From the NCBI GenBank assembly GCA_009914755.4, contig CP068257.2, positions 15,744,001-15,808,000 of the forward strand: DNA of 64,000 bases, given 5' to 3'. Source of the DNA: the human T2T-CHM13v2.0 reference genome, Homo sapiens. Positions 44,661 through 59,720 of this stretch are shown piece after piece; position 1 is the stretch's first letter; each line of letters begins with the position of its first letter. The notes under the pieces were generated by a model that worked only from the letters and a program-made list of their open reading frames with translations, had not been told where the DNA came from and ran no database searches. A program made the position numbers and the translations under genes.

Positions 44661-45712
44661 AAGACACCCAGTCTGTGATACTTTATTACAGCAGCCCTAG
44701 CAAACTAACAGTCACTTACCCTCATCGAGGAAGGATATAGCATGTTTCTACCGGATGAATAATTAAGTAAATGAATAAATGAATGATCATGGTGCTATAC
44801 TGCTAGGGAAACAACATGAACATTTTGCTCTATAACATGCCATTCATTAAAATACATTTTAATTCAGCTTGACTGGGAGAGAAGAATGCTAGCATGACCT
44901 AGCTTAGATATGTGTAGTAATCAAAAAGAACACAAGAGTCTGTGAGTTATTTCAGTTTTGCTAAACACAAAATGACATTGTCCTGGATGCCTCTGTAGCC
45001 GAGTCAAGAAATCTGAAATGATGAAACAGCAGAATTCGGAATTTCAGGCTAAGTGGCTGCATGAATTTCCAAGAGTGATGAGGTTCTGGAATGAACCATT
45101 AAAATTTCATCAAAAGTAGGCCACAGCTGGAGGTCAGAGGAAAAGATTACATGAGGTTATACAATCCTAAAAGAACAATATTTCATATTTGGTTTTTAGT
45201 GAACCAATTATTTCCATGGTTATAAGGAAGCTTCCTATATTTCTAAATAAAGCACCTTAAACACAAAATACCCAAAATCGAATTCATGTTTTTTCTCTTG
45301 GAATTTTCTCTCTCTTTAGAGAGGAATCGTTTTAGTTGCCAATACCATTATCCTCCTAGTCACCCAAACTGGAATTTCGTTTCTGTATAGAACTGAGGAC
45401 AAAACTTTCTCTGCCATCTCTTTCCATGGAACAGTATCCTGAGTTTCTAGGTAATTCATGTTAAAGTTGTTACCATTTGCAACTATGTATCTGTGTAAAA
45501 ATTATCTTGCCACTATACAAGAAAAAAAACTCAGATGTAAAAGAATTGCAATGCTGAGGCTAGTATAAGATACAATTGCCATCCATAATCTCTGTATCAA
45601 ATTTGCATTCAAACATCATAATGTTCATTGCTTTAATTTATAAAATAAATTTATCCTAATTAAATTTCCTTTTAATCTAAACCTAATTTCTATATTAAAA
45701 AGAATATCTTTT

Positions 45713-46038
<326 letters not shown>

Positions 46039-46064
46039 TCTTTTAATGTTGGAATCCCATGTAA

Positions 46065-46449
<385 letters not shown>

Positions 46450-47274
46450 TAAAAAGCAAGATCACAAGACAATAGAATGACTCTACTTGCCTCTTCAGCC
46501 CATCCCTTGCTACTCAGTCACATCACACATAGTCTCTGGAAAATCATCTTTTTTCTCATTCCATTCCTCCTTCTGCCATCCTCTGTCTACAGTATCCCTT
46601 CGCCTGCACTTTAGGCCCACAAACCCTTGAAGATTCAATTCAGATCTCACCAAAAAGTATTTTCTGGCCCACCAAGCCCTGGCCAGAAGTACCTCTTTCA
46701 AACATCTCTTACGTTAAACAGCATTATGGAACACTATTGTTTTGGACTGAGCTTCTGCACTAGGCCCCAAGGGACCAGACCAGACCAAAATGGAGTCACT
46801 TGTGCTAAATGCCACTTCATCAAAATGAAACTTTAAGGAAGTCGATAGATCTCAAAACAGATCAGTTTTTCCTGAAAACTGGAGATTCCAGTCTGAGTCA
46901 GCTATAATAAGGACACTTCCGTTTGCTTAAACTCATATAAAAAAGTAACCTGAAGTAACCTAATGTTTACCAGTCAAGCTTTTTTTTTTTCTATTGTTCT
47001 GTTTCCTTGTTCCCACCTTGTAAAACCCACTGTTCAGCAGTTGCTCGTGAGAGCTTTCAGTACATTTTATGGAATGAAGGCTGCCCTGATTTATAAATCC
47101 CAAATAAATGCCCATCTTTGATCTATAACTAAATTTGTTGTGATTTTGTCTTTTGACACTTAAAATAACATATGTTTTCAATTTTTATATTTACATTTCC
47201 CACTAAAGTGAGTGTCTGGAGGAGAGATTGTGCTAGAGATAGCCTAGCACATGGTGGACATGCAGAAATATTGG

Positions 47275-47395
47275 AAGGAAGGAAGGAAGGAAGGGAGGAA
47301 GGGAGGGAGGGAGGGAGGGAGGGAAAGAGGGAGGAGAGGAAAGAGAAAAAGAGAAAGAAAGGGAGGGAAGGAGGAAGACAATTTCATATTAAAGG
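47275..47395. repeat. (GGAA)n/(GGGA)n/(GAGA) polypurine microsatellite, ~120 bp
   Basis: 'ggaaggaaggaaggaagggaggaagggagggagggagggagggagggaaagaggg...'. Confidence 0.9.
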
Positions 47396-48451
47396 GCTCG
47401 TAAATGAGGCAAGTTTTGCTGTCATGGCATAATTCGAAGGAAATATTAGCTGAGCTATATCTCAAAATTATGTTTAATATCCAGCTTTCAGCAAACTGAA
47501 TTTCCCACCATAAGATATTCTTTACTGGGGCAGGGGAGGGAGGCCAAGAATTAGTACTCTGAAAGCAACCATTTAAGATGGAATACTCCTCTGTATCTAA
47601 AATATGACAGATGTCTCCAAGTCTTCAGACCGGGTTAACCAGAGGAGAGAAGGGCCTGGGAAGAAAAGACAAAAAAGTAGGCAGTGAGACCCATTTCATG
47701 CCAGTTTCCCAGAGATGGTGGGAGAGAAAGGACAGAACAGTACAGACTCATCAGGAACAATTCAGTGCCCAGTTACGACATGTTTAAACACTGCCTTTTT
47801 TGTGTTTTTTCGGCAATCCTGAGATGGGAGGGTGCCACACATTTCTTCATTTGGAGAAACTGAGCTCCTAAAAGATTAGATAGAAGTAAAACTGGTAACA
47901 GCAGCCAAACTTTTCAATAGTCGTCTCTCTCCTAGAGCAATGCTCTGTGGAAGGGAGAGAAAACTATGTTGCCTCCCTAATGATAATGTGCTGATTCTGT
48001 TTGTTTAACTAAAGCTGCACCAGATTAGCAGACCATAATTACAGCTAAAATCCTTGTCTCTGATACAGTTGACAGAATGTCTGTTTCACTGAGCTGAACT
48101 CCCAGGAAAGGCTTTACTCAAGGTTAAGCCAGGCTGCCTGAAAGCAATAGTGCTGTTTCAGTGCTACACTGGATACTTTATCTGAGCAGCGGGATTTCCT
48201 ACACTTGGGTTTCACATGGTTTACTTTGATTTCTTGGGGCGATAAGGACGTTTGCTCCTCTTTGAAAGGTTGTGTTAGTGGCCATACCATTGTAAAACCT
48301 TAAGAACTTTCTTTTGTGTCTGGATATGAAGATATCTGCCTTTTTCTTGATATACAACTTTACTAGGACTTCTTTTAGGGAATTCCCCCCTCCATCCCCC
48401 AGTTCTTTCCTTGCCTTTCAGCTTTGCAGAACGCGATGAAGTCTGTCATTA

Positions 48452-48766
<315 letters not shown>

Positions 48767-50303
48767 ATCTTTCCTTTATCTAGTCAACTTTGAATGTTAT
48801 GCTTAATTCCTTGAGACCTAGAAATGGAATTCACTGTGTTTGTTTGATCACTGGTGGTTTTCTATAGTGGATCGAGGAATGTTCTCACCTCTTGCCAGAA
48901 TCTTTTAAATAGTCCTGCTCTCTTCTCTGTCAGGTCGCTTCTCTATTCACTCTCATCTACTTTGTGAATCATAAGGCAAATTGTCAATGAATTTGACTAA
49001 AATTTCAAGAAATAAATCAAGGTGAGAAAAGTAAGCTGACAACAGAGTTGAGAATAAAAGGGGAAGTATTTGACTGGGTCTGTTTTGCTTCCCCGCCCAA
49101 AACCATCCCAGACGTTCCTTAAATAGAGCCCACAGTTTGTGGGCTTTCTAATGAATAGTGGCCAAGAGGCAGCCTCACATTTGAGGCATGCTATTACCAT
49201 TTTTTCTTCATTCCCTCTCCTTAATTAGGGTCTTTAAAGGGAGGCTGCCCTCAGATTCTGACAAACAGTATTAGCTTCCTCATAATGCAATGCCTGATCC
49301 TGGAGCTATTTTTCAGGATGGTTTGCACTGAGTCTGTGACATTGTCTATATTTCTAGAATGCAGGAGGAATACCTCAACAGAGAATTAGCTGTGGAGGTT
49401 CTAAAAAGCCTATTCCTGAAGGCCTGAAGAACTGATTTTAATAACCCATAATAATACGGGAGGGAGATAGAGTTGACTAATTTTCAGTTTCACAGTTTGG
49501 CTAATGCCTACAGTAAGATGTATTTTACCTGTACCAAACACACACACACCAAAAAATTCATGAAACAATATTTATCCCTTTTCCATGCAATTCCTTCTAT
49601 TTTCCATTCTAATTTATTTCAGTTTCTAAATGCAAACCTCCACCCACTGAATTGATTCTCTCACACTAAAGAGTGGCAACCCACTGTTTGAAAAGCACTC
49701 AATGGGATGCCCTTTATTTTTCTAACCCTGTAATTCAATATAGAGAGACTCTGAATTGAGGACAAGCCTGATGAGTTTGAGGTATGGAATAAAGGAATCT
49801 GATCGGCTCCGGGTTTGTTGTGTTTTTAAATCTTCCTGTGTGTTCATTCTCTTCACCACAGAGAGGACTCTATTATCTTTGCTCAAAGAGCAGACAGTGC
49901 TCTAGCTGTTTTCCCCTGCTTAGCTTTGATCCCTGCAGCCATGCTCAGCCCTTCCCCCAAGCCCTCCCTTCCAGATGGATTGAGGCTGTTGAGACTCCAG
50001 GGGTGTTCGGGGCTGGGAGCCTGCTGAGTGTTCCCTGTTCCCACCTCCAATCTGCTCCATCCTCCAGCTGCATTTCATTCCGGATCTACCAGGTTAATGG
50101 GATTATCGTTCTTCTCTGTTATTCTGTTATTTCATATAGGGTGAATCAGTTTGTTCCTGGGACAATTTTTAGATGGTTGCTGAGATGACAAAAATGGATG
50201 GGGATTTTATTTTAGGAATAAGTGTTCTTCATCAGCCAGGATTTAATCTGGGAAGAATTTATTCACTCTCAAATGGGTTACTTTTTGAAGTGACTTAAAA
50301 ATA

Positions 50304-50452
50304 AGATTTTTTTGGCTGGGTGTGGTGGCTCACACCTGTAATCCAGCACTTTTGGAATCTGAGGCAGAAGGATTGCTTGAGCCCAGGAATTCAAAACCAG
50401 CCTGGGCAACATATTGAGACCCAGTCTCTATTATTTAAAAAAAAAAAAATTT
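50304..50452 (+). mobile_element. Alu left monomer (FLAM-like)
   Basis: 'ggctgggtgtggtggctcacacctgtaatccagcacttttggaatctgaggcagaaggattgcttgagcccaggaattcaaaaccagcctgggcaacatattgagaccc...aaaaaaaaaaaaa'. Confidence 0.8.
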
Positions 50453-51101
50453 AAATAAGATTGTTTTATCAGATAAAAGCAAAGCATACCTTAAGGCACA
50501 ACTCATGTTTTAATGCCTATATCATCATCGAATCAACCATACAACATTTTAGCTTCAAATTTTAATTTTGGTTAGAAAGATAAAGTGATAGACTGATTAT
50601 ATCATTTATTTTATTCATTATATTCAACAACATTTGCTCAGTACTTATTGGATACAGAGCACATTTATTGACCTCAAGATATCTAGACCTTTAGAAGGGA
50701 GTTTTTTTTAAATGCCTACAGATAGCCATTATATAAAATAAGATTTTAATAAGTGACTATACACAGTATAGTTCATAGCCTAATCATAGTATCTCCTCCT
50801 TTTCAGAACTTGTAAGAGTGAAAAGAGAAATTACTCATCCCTAGTGTATCTGTTTTTTCAGGACATGAGATTGCCAAATTTCTGTATTCTTCATTTTAAT
50901 TAAATGCATGATTGATTGACTGAATGGATGCTGACTGTCTATTTGGTGCCATGTGCTATAAATGTGATGAAATGATCTTCCTATTGATCTTTCTTTGGTT
51001 TCTTGATGTTTGTCTCAAAAGAATTGACTTCCCAATACCTGGAACGCATGAGGGTGGAGAGAGACTGAAAAATGGAAAGAAAGAGGCATGAAATAAGGCT
51101 A

Positions 51102-51495
<394 letters not shown>

Positions 51496-52149
51496 CTATA
51501 GTAGCTACAATTGAAAAAGTCAAAAGAAACATAAAATTTATTTTTAACAACATATCTTGTACAATCTAATATATCTAAAATATTATCTTTACAATGTGAA
51601 ATCAACATAAAAAACATTAGTGAGATATTTTACATTCTTTCAGGTATTTTTGGACTATTATCTTCAAAACCTGGCATGTATTCTTCACTAACAGCACATC
51701 TCAATTTTGATTAACCATATTTCTTGAGTTCAGTAACCACAAATCACTAGTGGCTGTCATATTGAACAACATAGCCTAGATAAAGAAGCAAAAGTCAAGG
51801 AAAATCTAGATAGTTAATAAATTTCTTTAATATTTAGAGGAAGGGACTCTTACTTCATGGGGTAGGAGGAAACCTGAAAACCAGTTTTCTCTTTCTGCTG
51901 ATGGAGAAATGGGAGTTGCCAACTCAAGATCCACTCCTTTCTCTTCCAGCCTCTCAGACGTGGGGAAATGAGATAGAGCTGGAGCTGAACCTCTCCTACT
52001 TCTCTCCAGCACCCCAGAATTAAATCTGCTCTGAGGAAAATAAAGGCAACTCTACAGTCCTCACATTAGTATCATGACTTGCAGTTGATAAATGCTTTCA
52101 TGTACAATATATCATTGGATATTTAATCATACTGTGACGTGGTCAGTCG

Positions 52150-52245
52150 AAGTATTACTATTCTCACTTTATAGATGAATGATCTGGGCCTCAGGGAGAT
52201 TAAATGGCTTGCTCCAAAGTAGCACAGTTAGTATCCAAGTGTTTT
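52150..52245 (+). mobile_element. MIR SINE fragment
   Basis: 'tattctcactttatagatgaatgatctgggcctcagggagattaaatggcttgctccaaagtagcacag' resembles the MIR core 'tattatccccattttacagatgaggaaactgaggcacagagaggttaagtaacttgcccaaggtcacacag'. Confidence 0.45.
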
Positions 52246-55065
52246 GAAATTTAACCTAGTGTATGTCTCGCTAAACCAGAGCTGCCTGGCAAAAGGAAGT
52301 TAAGAAAATATTTACAGAAGTATGATTTTTTTTTTCTTCTCTGGACACATTTCATCTACTCCACACCCGCCCCCCACAAAAAATAAAAGAAAAGAAAAAA
52401 ACCACTGGTGATCATTTTGCAGAAATAACCTCTTGGCCAATTGAGCTTTTAACTGGGTTTTTGTATTTTTTTTAAGTTGGACCTCATTGTCTAGTGTAGC
52501 AATTTAGAACATCTAATTATTGACAGCAAGTCAGCATATTACAAAGGCAGAGTTTTTGCATTGGCTCTGAAATGTGTTGCAATCATTTTTGTCTGGGAAA
52601 ACAAACAAAAGTGGATAGGCAGCATGGTTGTTACATGAGATGCTGGCTGAGTCCCAGGCCCTAGGACATTGGCTTACCTACCAACAATACCTCCCTTTCA
52701 GGCGATGCCAACTGTTTTATGAGAAGATCACAGTTCTCTGGAAGTGAGCTTTTGTGTTTTGCTCTAATCAGCAGGATCCAACTTTACTACTGTCATGGAG
52801 GGAATTACAGTAATTCTACCAACTTTTGAGGCAACCTTCTTCTGACACTGTGTGAAACAGACTGAAAAGACTCTAAAGATGGAGAGAGCTCAATGCTTGA
52901 GAAAAGGAATTCTGTCCTTTGAAAGGTCTCTAGAACAAAGGGTATGCAATATGTTTATCACTTCAACTTCAGAAACATAATAGGCTCTAGAAACACATTC
53001 TCATTGATCTGTTTCTACTGCTCCTGTTTTTTTTTTTTTCTGCTTCACCCAATCGTCTTCCTATTTTTATCTCTTTCATTCCACTCTGGAGCCATGTTGC
53101 TTGGTCAGGCCACCCTTCAAAATAAATGATTTTTTCCCTCTTTCATGTTATACCTGTTTTCTTAATTCTTGGCTGTTACTTTTCTCAGTTAACCTTTGGC
53201 AAATCATAATGAAATTAAATTTAGCTGGTTGTAGAGAGAAAGAGTCATTGTAGAAGTTGGGATGGTCTGGAAGTGAATTAAAAAGTATTTTGATAGCCCT
53301 CAGAATGTGGACAAAAATAGTAAAAATCCAGCTGGGAGTCAGTGTATCCATTTTATGTCATTTGCAGTAAATTGTTGGGCGTCTCCTTGTAGCTGCCACA
53401 ATAATGCTAATGATGGTGACTTCTTGCTCGAAGTGCTGAGTGTTGAATCCTTTGCCCCAGTTATGTGCCACATACTGATTTCCTTAGCAGTAGACAAATA
53501 CTGGAAACACAAAAGGCAGAAGCCATGTCCTACTAAGCCATTCCCTTTGTCTAGTTTATCACTCAGTTCTGTCTATTCTTTCCTTCCTCTGTGGGAAATG
53601 GGGAGTTCATAAATGGTAATAACAAACTTGCAGAAAAATGTTAAGATAGAAACTTTTGTAGCAGCCAGCATTTTTCTTAGAGGAGGTCAAAGCATAAAGA
53701 AATAAACTGATCAGCCTCTGTTCCTATCTCCCCCAAAAACTCCTTCTCTAGATATCCTACTCTCAGAAACTAGTAATCAGGCATTATGAAAAATTACTTA
53801 ATCCACTGGGCCAATTCATGTAGCTTATCAGCTATCTGCCTTTAGACTGAAAAAAAAAAATAGCCAAATTATTTACTTGCAAATCCAGAAAGTAGGTGAA
53901 GTTCTTTAGCAGTTTAATGTTACTATAACAGTCTAATTCACAGGAGCACACACATTTATAAAATTGTCATCTGCACGAGTTGGCACACCCACATGAGAGA
54001 AATGTCATCCATGACAATGGGGCTATCAGGTCTTTTATAGCATACATTCTACTATAAATTTATAGGGATCAAGGAAAAACTTATCTTTGCCATCTGAAGG
54101 CTTACTGAAAAATCAACTGACAAAAGGCAGATTAATAGGCAAAATGGCCTACAGATGTGTTAGTGAGCATGAGGGAGAATCACAGAATGATTGTCCAATA
54201 TCCCAGTGAGGTACAGATGGTTGTATATACTTCTTAGGGGAAAGACAGATAGAGACGTGTAGATGATTTTTAGGGGATTTCGATGGGCCTGGAGAACATA
54301 CAGTGGCCTGGGATAAAGTCTTTTGGGCCAGCAGAGCAGACAATAGTTTGTGACCAGTCTGTCCAGGCGTGTTGATAGAATTCAGTCTTTCTTCCCATGA
54401 GTTCAGTTAATAAAAACTCAGGGAAGGGGCCAGAAGTAATTGTTTTCTTCATTGTCAGGTCCAAAATGTAGGCAAATAAGGAATTTCAGGGGACAACTTC
54501 ATCCTGCAAGGAGGATTAAGAGACAGGACAGGGAGGAGGTCCAAGAGACCTTGAGGCTTCTTTTTCAGTTCAGCATGTCAAAGTGCCATATTTTGGGGTA
54601 TCCGTTTCTAAGCTCTAACACATTCAAAGTACCTCAAAAGAACCAGATGCTGCTAAGATAGTTCACAGGGAAGATTCTGTCCTCTTCTCTGTATCCTCTA
54701 TTTAAAATTCAAGTGGTTTCTCTTTCTAGGCTACCCCATAACTTTGTTGGTTAAAGGATGTGCTACTCATTTAAAATGTCAAATTACAAAGCCAGAGAAC
54801 TGGCCTACCTGATTCACATACTTTGCCTTTCTCAATCCCTGTAATCTCAGCATCATACATTCTATCTTTTCAACGTGCATATTAAAAGGTATCTTAAAGA
54901 CTATCTTACTCGGACTGAAACGCAAGAGTATCTGCGAACACTGATTCAGCTTGCAAAATACATAGAAAAGTAGCAAGAAAAATGATGTAACATCCCATGT
55001 AGTCGGCATACTGGCCTAGTTTCAAGACCGAAAGCAGTCTGAAAATGTCTGAAAAGAGTCGGAAA

Positions 55066-55066
<1 letters not shown>

Positions 55067-55116
<50 letters not shown>
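55067..55116. repeat. (TG)n dinucleotide microsatellite, 25 units
   Basis: perfect tgtgtg... run. Confidence 0.95.
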
Positions 55117-55119
<3 letters not shown>

Positions 55120-55149
55120 CCATGCCTAACAGCTCATGTTTAGCTTTCT

Positions 55150-55775
55150 TTTTTTTTTCCTTTTCTTCTTTTTTATACAGAGTCTTATTCTGTCACCTAG
55201 GCTGGAGTACAGTGGTGCAATCACAGCTCACTGCAGCCTCGATCTCCTGGACTCAACTAATCCTCCTGCCTCAGCCTTCTGGGTAGTTGAGACTACAGGT
55301 ACATGCCACCACAGTCCCCTAATCTTTTAATTTTTATTTTTAGTAGAGATGAGGTCTCACTATGTTGCCGAGGCTGGTCTTTTTTTTTTTTTTTTTTTTG
55401 AGACAGAGTCTTGCTGTGTTGCCCAGGCTGGAGTGCAGTGGCTTGATCTCGGCTCACTGCAACCTCCGCCTCCTGGGTTCAAGCAATTCTCTGCCTCACC
55501 TCCTGAGTAGCTGGGATTACAAGCACCTGCCACCACAGCTGGCTAATTTTTTTTGTATTTTTAGTAGAGACAGGGTTTCACCATCTTGGCCAGGCTGGTC
55601 TTGAACTCCTGACCTTGTGATCCACCCACCTCGGCCTCCCAAAGTGCTGGGATTACAGGCATGAGCCACCGTGCCCGGCCACCCAGGCTGGTCTTGAACT
55701 TCTGGCCTCAAGCAATCCTCTCGCCTCAGCCTTCCAAAGTGCTGAGATTACAGGCATGAGCCACCCAGCCCACTC
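55150..55775 (-). mobile_element. older Alu SINE (reverse) split in two (about 55150-55377 and 55681-55775) by a younger nested Alu
   Basis: left part 'ttttttttttccttttcttcttttttatacagagtcttattctgtcacctaggctggagtacagtgg...ggtctcactatgttgccgaggctggtct'; right part 'acccaggctggtcttgaacttctggcctcaagcaatcctctcgcctcagccttccaaagtgctgagattacaggcatgagccaccc'. Confidence 0.85.
55378..55680 (-). mobile_element. Alu SINE, full length, reverse, nested within the older Alu
   Basis: 23-nt poly-T + 'gagacagagtcttgctgtgttgcccaggctggagtgcagtggcttgatctcggctcactgcaacctccgcctcc...ggcatgagccaccgtgcccggcc'; TSD 'aggctggtct' taken from host Alu sequence. Confidence 0.95.
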
Positions 55776-56291
55776 ACGTTTGGCTTTCTTTTTCCTGTTT
55801 TTTTTAAACTTCAACTTTTATTTCAGATACAGAGGTAGACGTGCTGGTTAGTTGCATGGGAATATTGCATGATGCTGAGGTTTGGGGTTCGAATTCCATC
55901 ACCCAGGTAGTAAGCATACCACAACATAGGTTTTTCAACCCTCCCACTCCCCACCTTGTAATAGTCTGTAGTGTCTTTTCCCATATTTATGTCCACGTGT
56001 GATTAGCTTTTCCCATATTTATGTCCATGTGTGATTAGCTAGGTCACTTCCCAGAATGTTATATACCCACACACATTGAGAAAGTTTTTGGCACTGGAAT
56101 TGCCCTGGGTGATTGTGTTGGAACAGGTGCCAAAACAGTAACGTTCTTACCTGAAACACTGCTGGGGTTTGCAGGAAGGCACTGATCCACCCTTCCTACA
56201 GCTTGTTCATGCCAAAAAATACAAGGAAAGCTGCAGCTCCCCGAAGGAGAGGGAGAGAAACTCTTGCCTCTTTTTAAATGAGTAGACTAAG

Positions 56292-56593
<302 letters not shown>

Positions 56594-56898
56594 CTAAGAT
56601 GAAGGGAAAACATAACACAAATATTTTTCAAGGAGTAGTAAGATATTAGAGCCCTAAAAGATTTGATGGGCACATTTGTCTTGCTTGTTTCACCCTCATC
56701 ATCATCATACGAGTTTATTTCATTTAAAAAACAGAAAACATAGAGAAGCATAGAAAGCATTCCAATCCCCCATAATTCCGCCTCCTAAACATGCATACAT
56801 TTATAGACTACGGTTCCATGGGACCTGATATATATGGTACCTGATACACATGGATAAATTTTTCCTACCAAAATATCATAAATTATATTGTGTTGTAG

Positions 56899-57315
<417 letters not shown>

Positions 57316-57431
57316 TAGTATTCTCTTAAGTGGATGTATTATAAGTTATTTAACTAATACCCTATGATTGATTGCTTGAATTCTTTTCAACTTCTATAAT
57401 TATAATTAATTCTACAATAAACAGCCTTCTG

Positions 57432-57738
<307 letters not shown>

Positions 57739-58354
57739 TTAATTAACAAACCCAGATTTCAGGTGTCTCCTAATTTGAGGGACCAGGAGGGAACACCAAG
57801 ACCATATATAGCTGCATTTGTGTTCATCCCTTACCTTATGACTACCAGGATACGTGAACTCAGCCTGTCTTTGAAGCTCTTAAATAATCCTCTAATGTAA
57901 AAACCTCAGTGAACATGTAAACATCACCGGAGTTTTCATAGAGAAGGTGGAAAACAGGTTTTGCAAAACACATCTCACAGAAAAAAATCCCTCATAGACA
58001 TGTCTGTTCTTACTCATTATCTGTTATATCTGGGACTGGGGTAGAGGGTGGCTGGCAAACAAATCAGTTCTTCTGTTCAACTTGCTTCCTCAAACTTGCC
58101 TTGATGCTCAGCCAAACAAAGGGCCCTCCAGTTAGCAGAAATTGCCCTCCTCAGAAGAAAATTTAGCAATCATCTAAACTTGTTTTAAACATGCCCTTTG
58201 AGATATCACGCCCAGCTCCAGCAGTTTGTATTAGAGTATTTCTTCAGATCCTTGTCTGTTAAATCCTTCAAGAGTGTTAACTTTTCTTCACCTAGTTTCT
58301 GCCCATTTCTTGTCAATTTTCTTTCTAGTTTTTTTTTCTTATCTTTCTTTCTGT

Positions 58355-58512
58355 TTTTTGTTTGTTTGTTTGTTTTGGTTTTGGTTTTGGGTTTTTTTCG
58401 AGACAGTCTTGTGCTATATTGCCCAAGCTGATCTCAAACTCCTGAGCTAGGGCAATCCTCCCACCTCAGCCTCCTGAGTAGCTGGGATTACAGATGTGTG
58501 GCATCATGCTCA
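58355..58512 (-). mobile_element. Alu monomer (reverse) with (GTTT)n/(GGTTTT)n head
   Basis: 'tttttgtttgtttgtttgttttggttttggttttgggtttttttcgagacagtcttgtgctatattgcccaagctgatctcaaactcctgagctagggcaatcctcccacctcagcctcctgagtagctgggattacagatgtgtggcatcatgctcagc'. Confidence 0.75.
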
Positions 58513-59221
58513 GCTCTTTTTCTAATAATTTTTTCTTCTCTGGTTGCTACTGCAGTTGGTAACTTTACTCCACTATATTATCTAATCAAGCCTTCTTTAT
58601 ATAAAGAAAAACTATTGATTTAGATACTTTTGTGTGTGTGAAGTCAACTAGCTTACTGATTTATCTCATTGTTTCTTCTGTTTTAATTGATATATTATTA
58701 TCTGCAAACAATAATTGTGTCTCTTCTTTCAAGTATTCATACCTCTTACTACTTTCTCACGTGTAATTACATTGAGTAATTACATTGAGTAGTACCACTA
58801 AATTAGGAGTACTAGTAGTGATGATGGACTTCTTTGCCTTCCATTGCAAAATCTTTTAATGCTTCCATGAAAAACGATACTGGCTTTGACATATAGTTTA
58901 AACATATACACACATACACACGCAATTTTAATTTCAAAGACTTTACATTTATTCCTATTTAGTGATGGTTTAAGTTCCTTATCTGTATATTTGCTTTGTT
59001 TGCTTTTATTTTTAAACTAGGAAGAAATATTGGATTTGTCAAAGTCCTTTGAGATACCAGTCTACTGATCCATACTAAATTTGAATTATCTTCTTTTTAA
59101 ACACTTAAATAAACTTAGACATGTTTATGGGCTGTTCATTCTATTGTACTGATCTACAAGTCATTTCTAACACCAATAAAGTGCAGGTCTATTTATTGAA
59201 CATTTTAACATATTATAATAG

Positions 59222-59565
<344 letters not shown>

Positions 59566-59601
59566 TCCTTCTATTTTTCTAATCTTTAAGGTTTTCTAGG
59601 T

Positions 59602-59720
59602 AGGGCATGGTGGCTGTAATCCCAGCACTTTGGGAGGCCAAGGTGGAAGAATCGCTTGAGCTCAGGAGTTTGGGACCACCCTGAGCAACATAGTGAGACC
59701 CCATCTCATAAAAAATAAAG
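59602..59720 (+). mobile_element. Alu monomer/fragment with A/T-rich tail
   Basis: 'tagggcatggtggctgtaatcccagcactttgggaggccaaggtggaagaatcgcttgagctcaggagtttgggaccaccctgagcaacatagtgagaccccatctc'. Confidence 0.7.

Noticed and set aside
49820-50188. 122-aa ORF in repeat-free DNA, also 30351-30674 + 107 aa and 22780-23154 - 124 aa
   Set aside because: No splice, Kozak or compositional support. Lengths are within random expectation for 64 kb x 6 frames in 40-45% GC DNA. Not reportable as CDS without external evidence.
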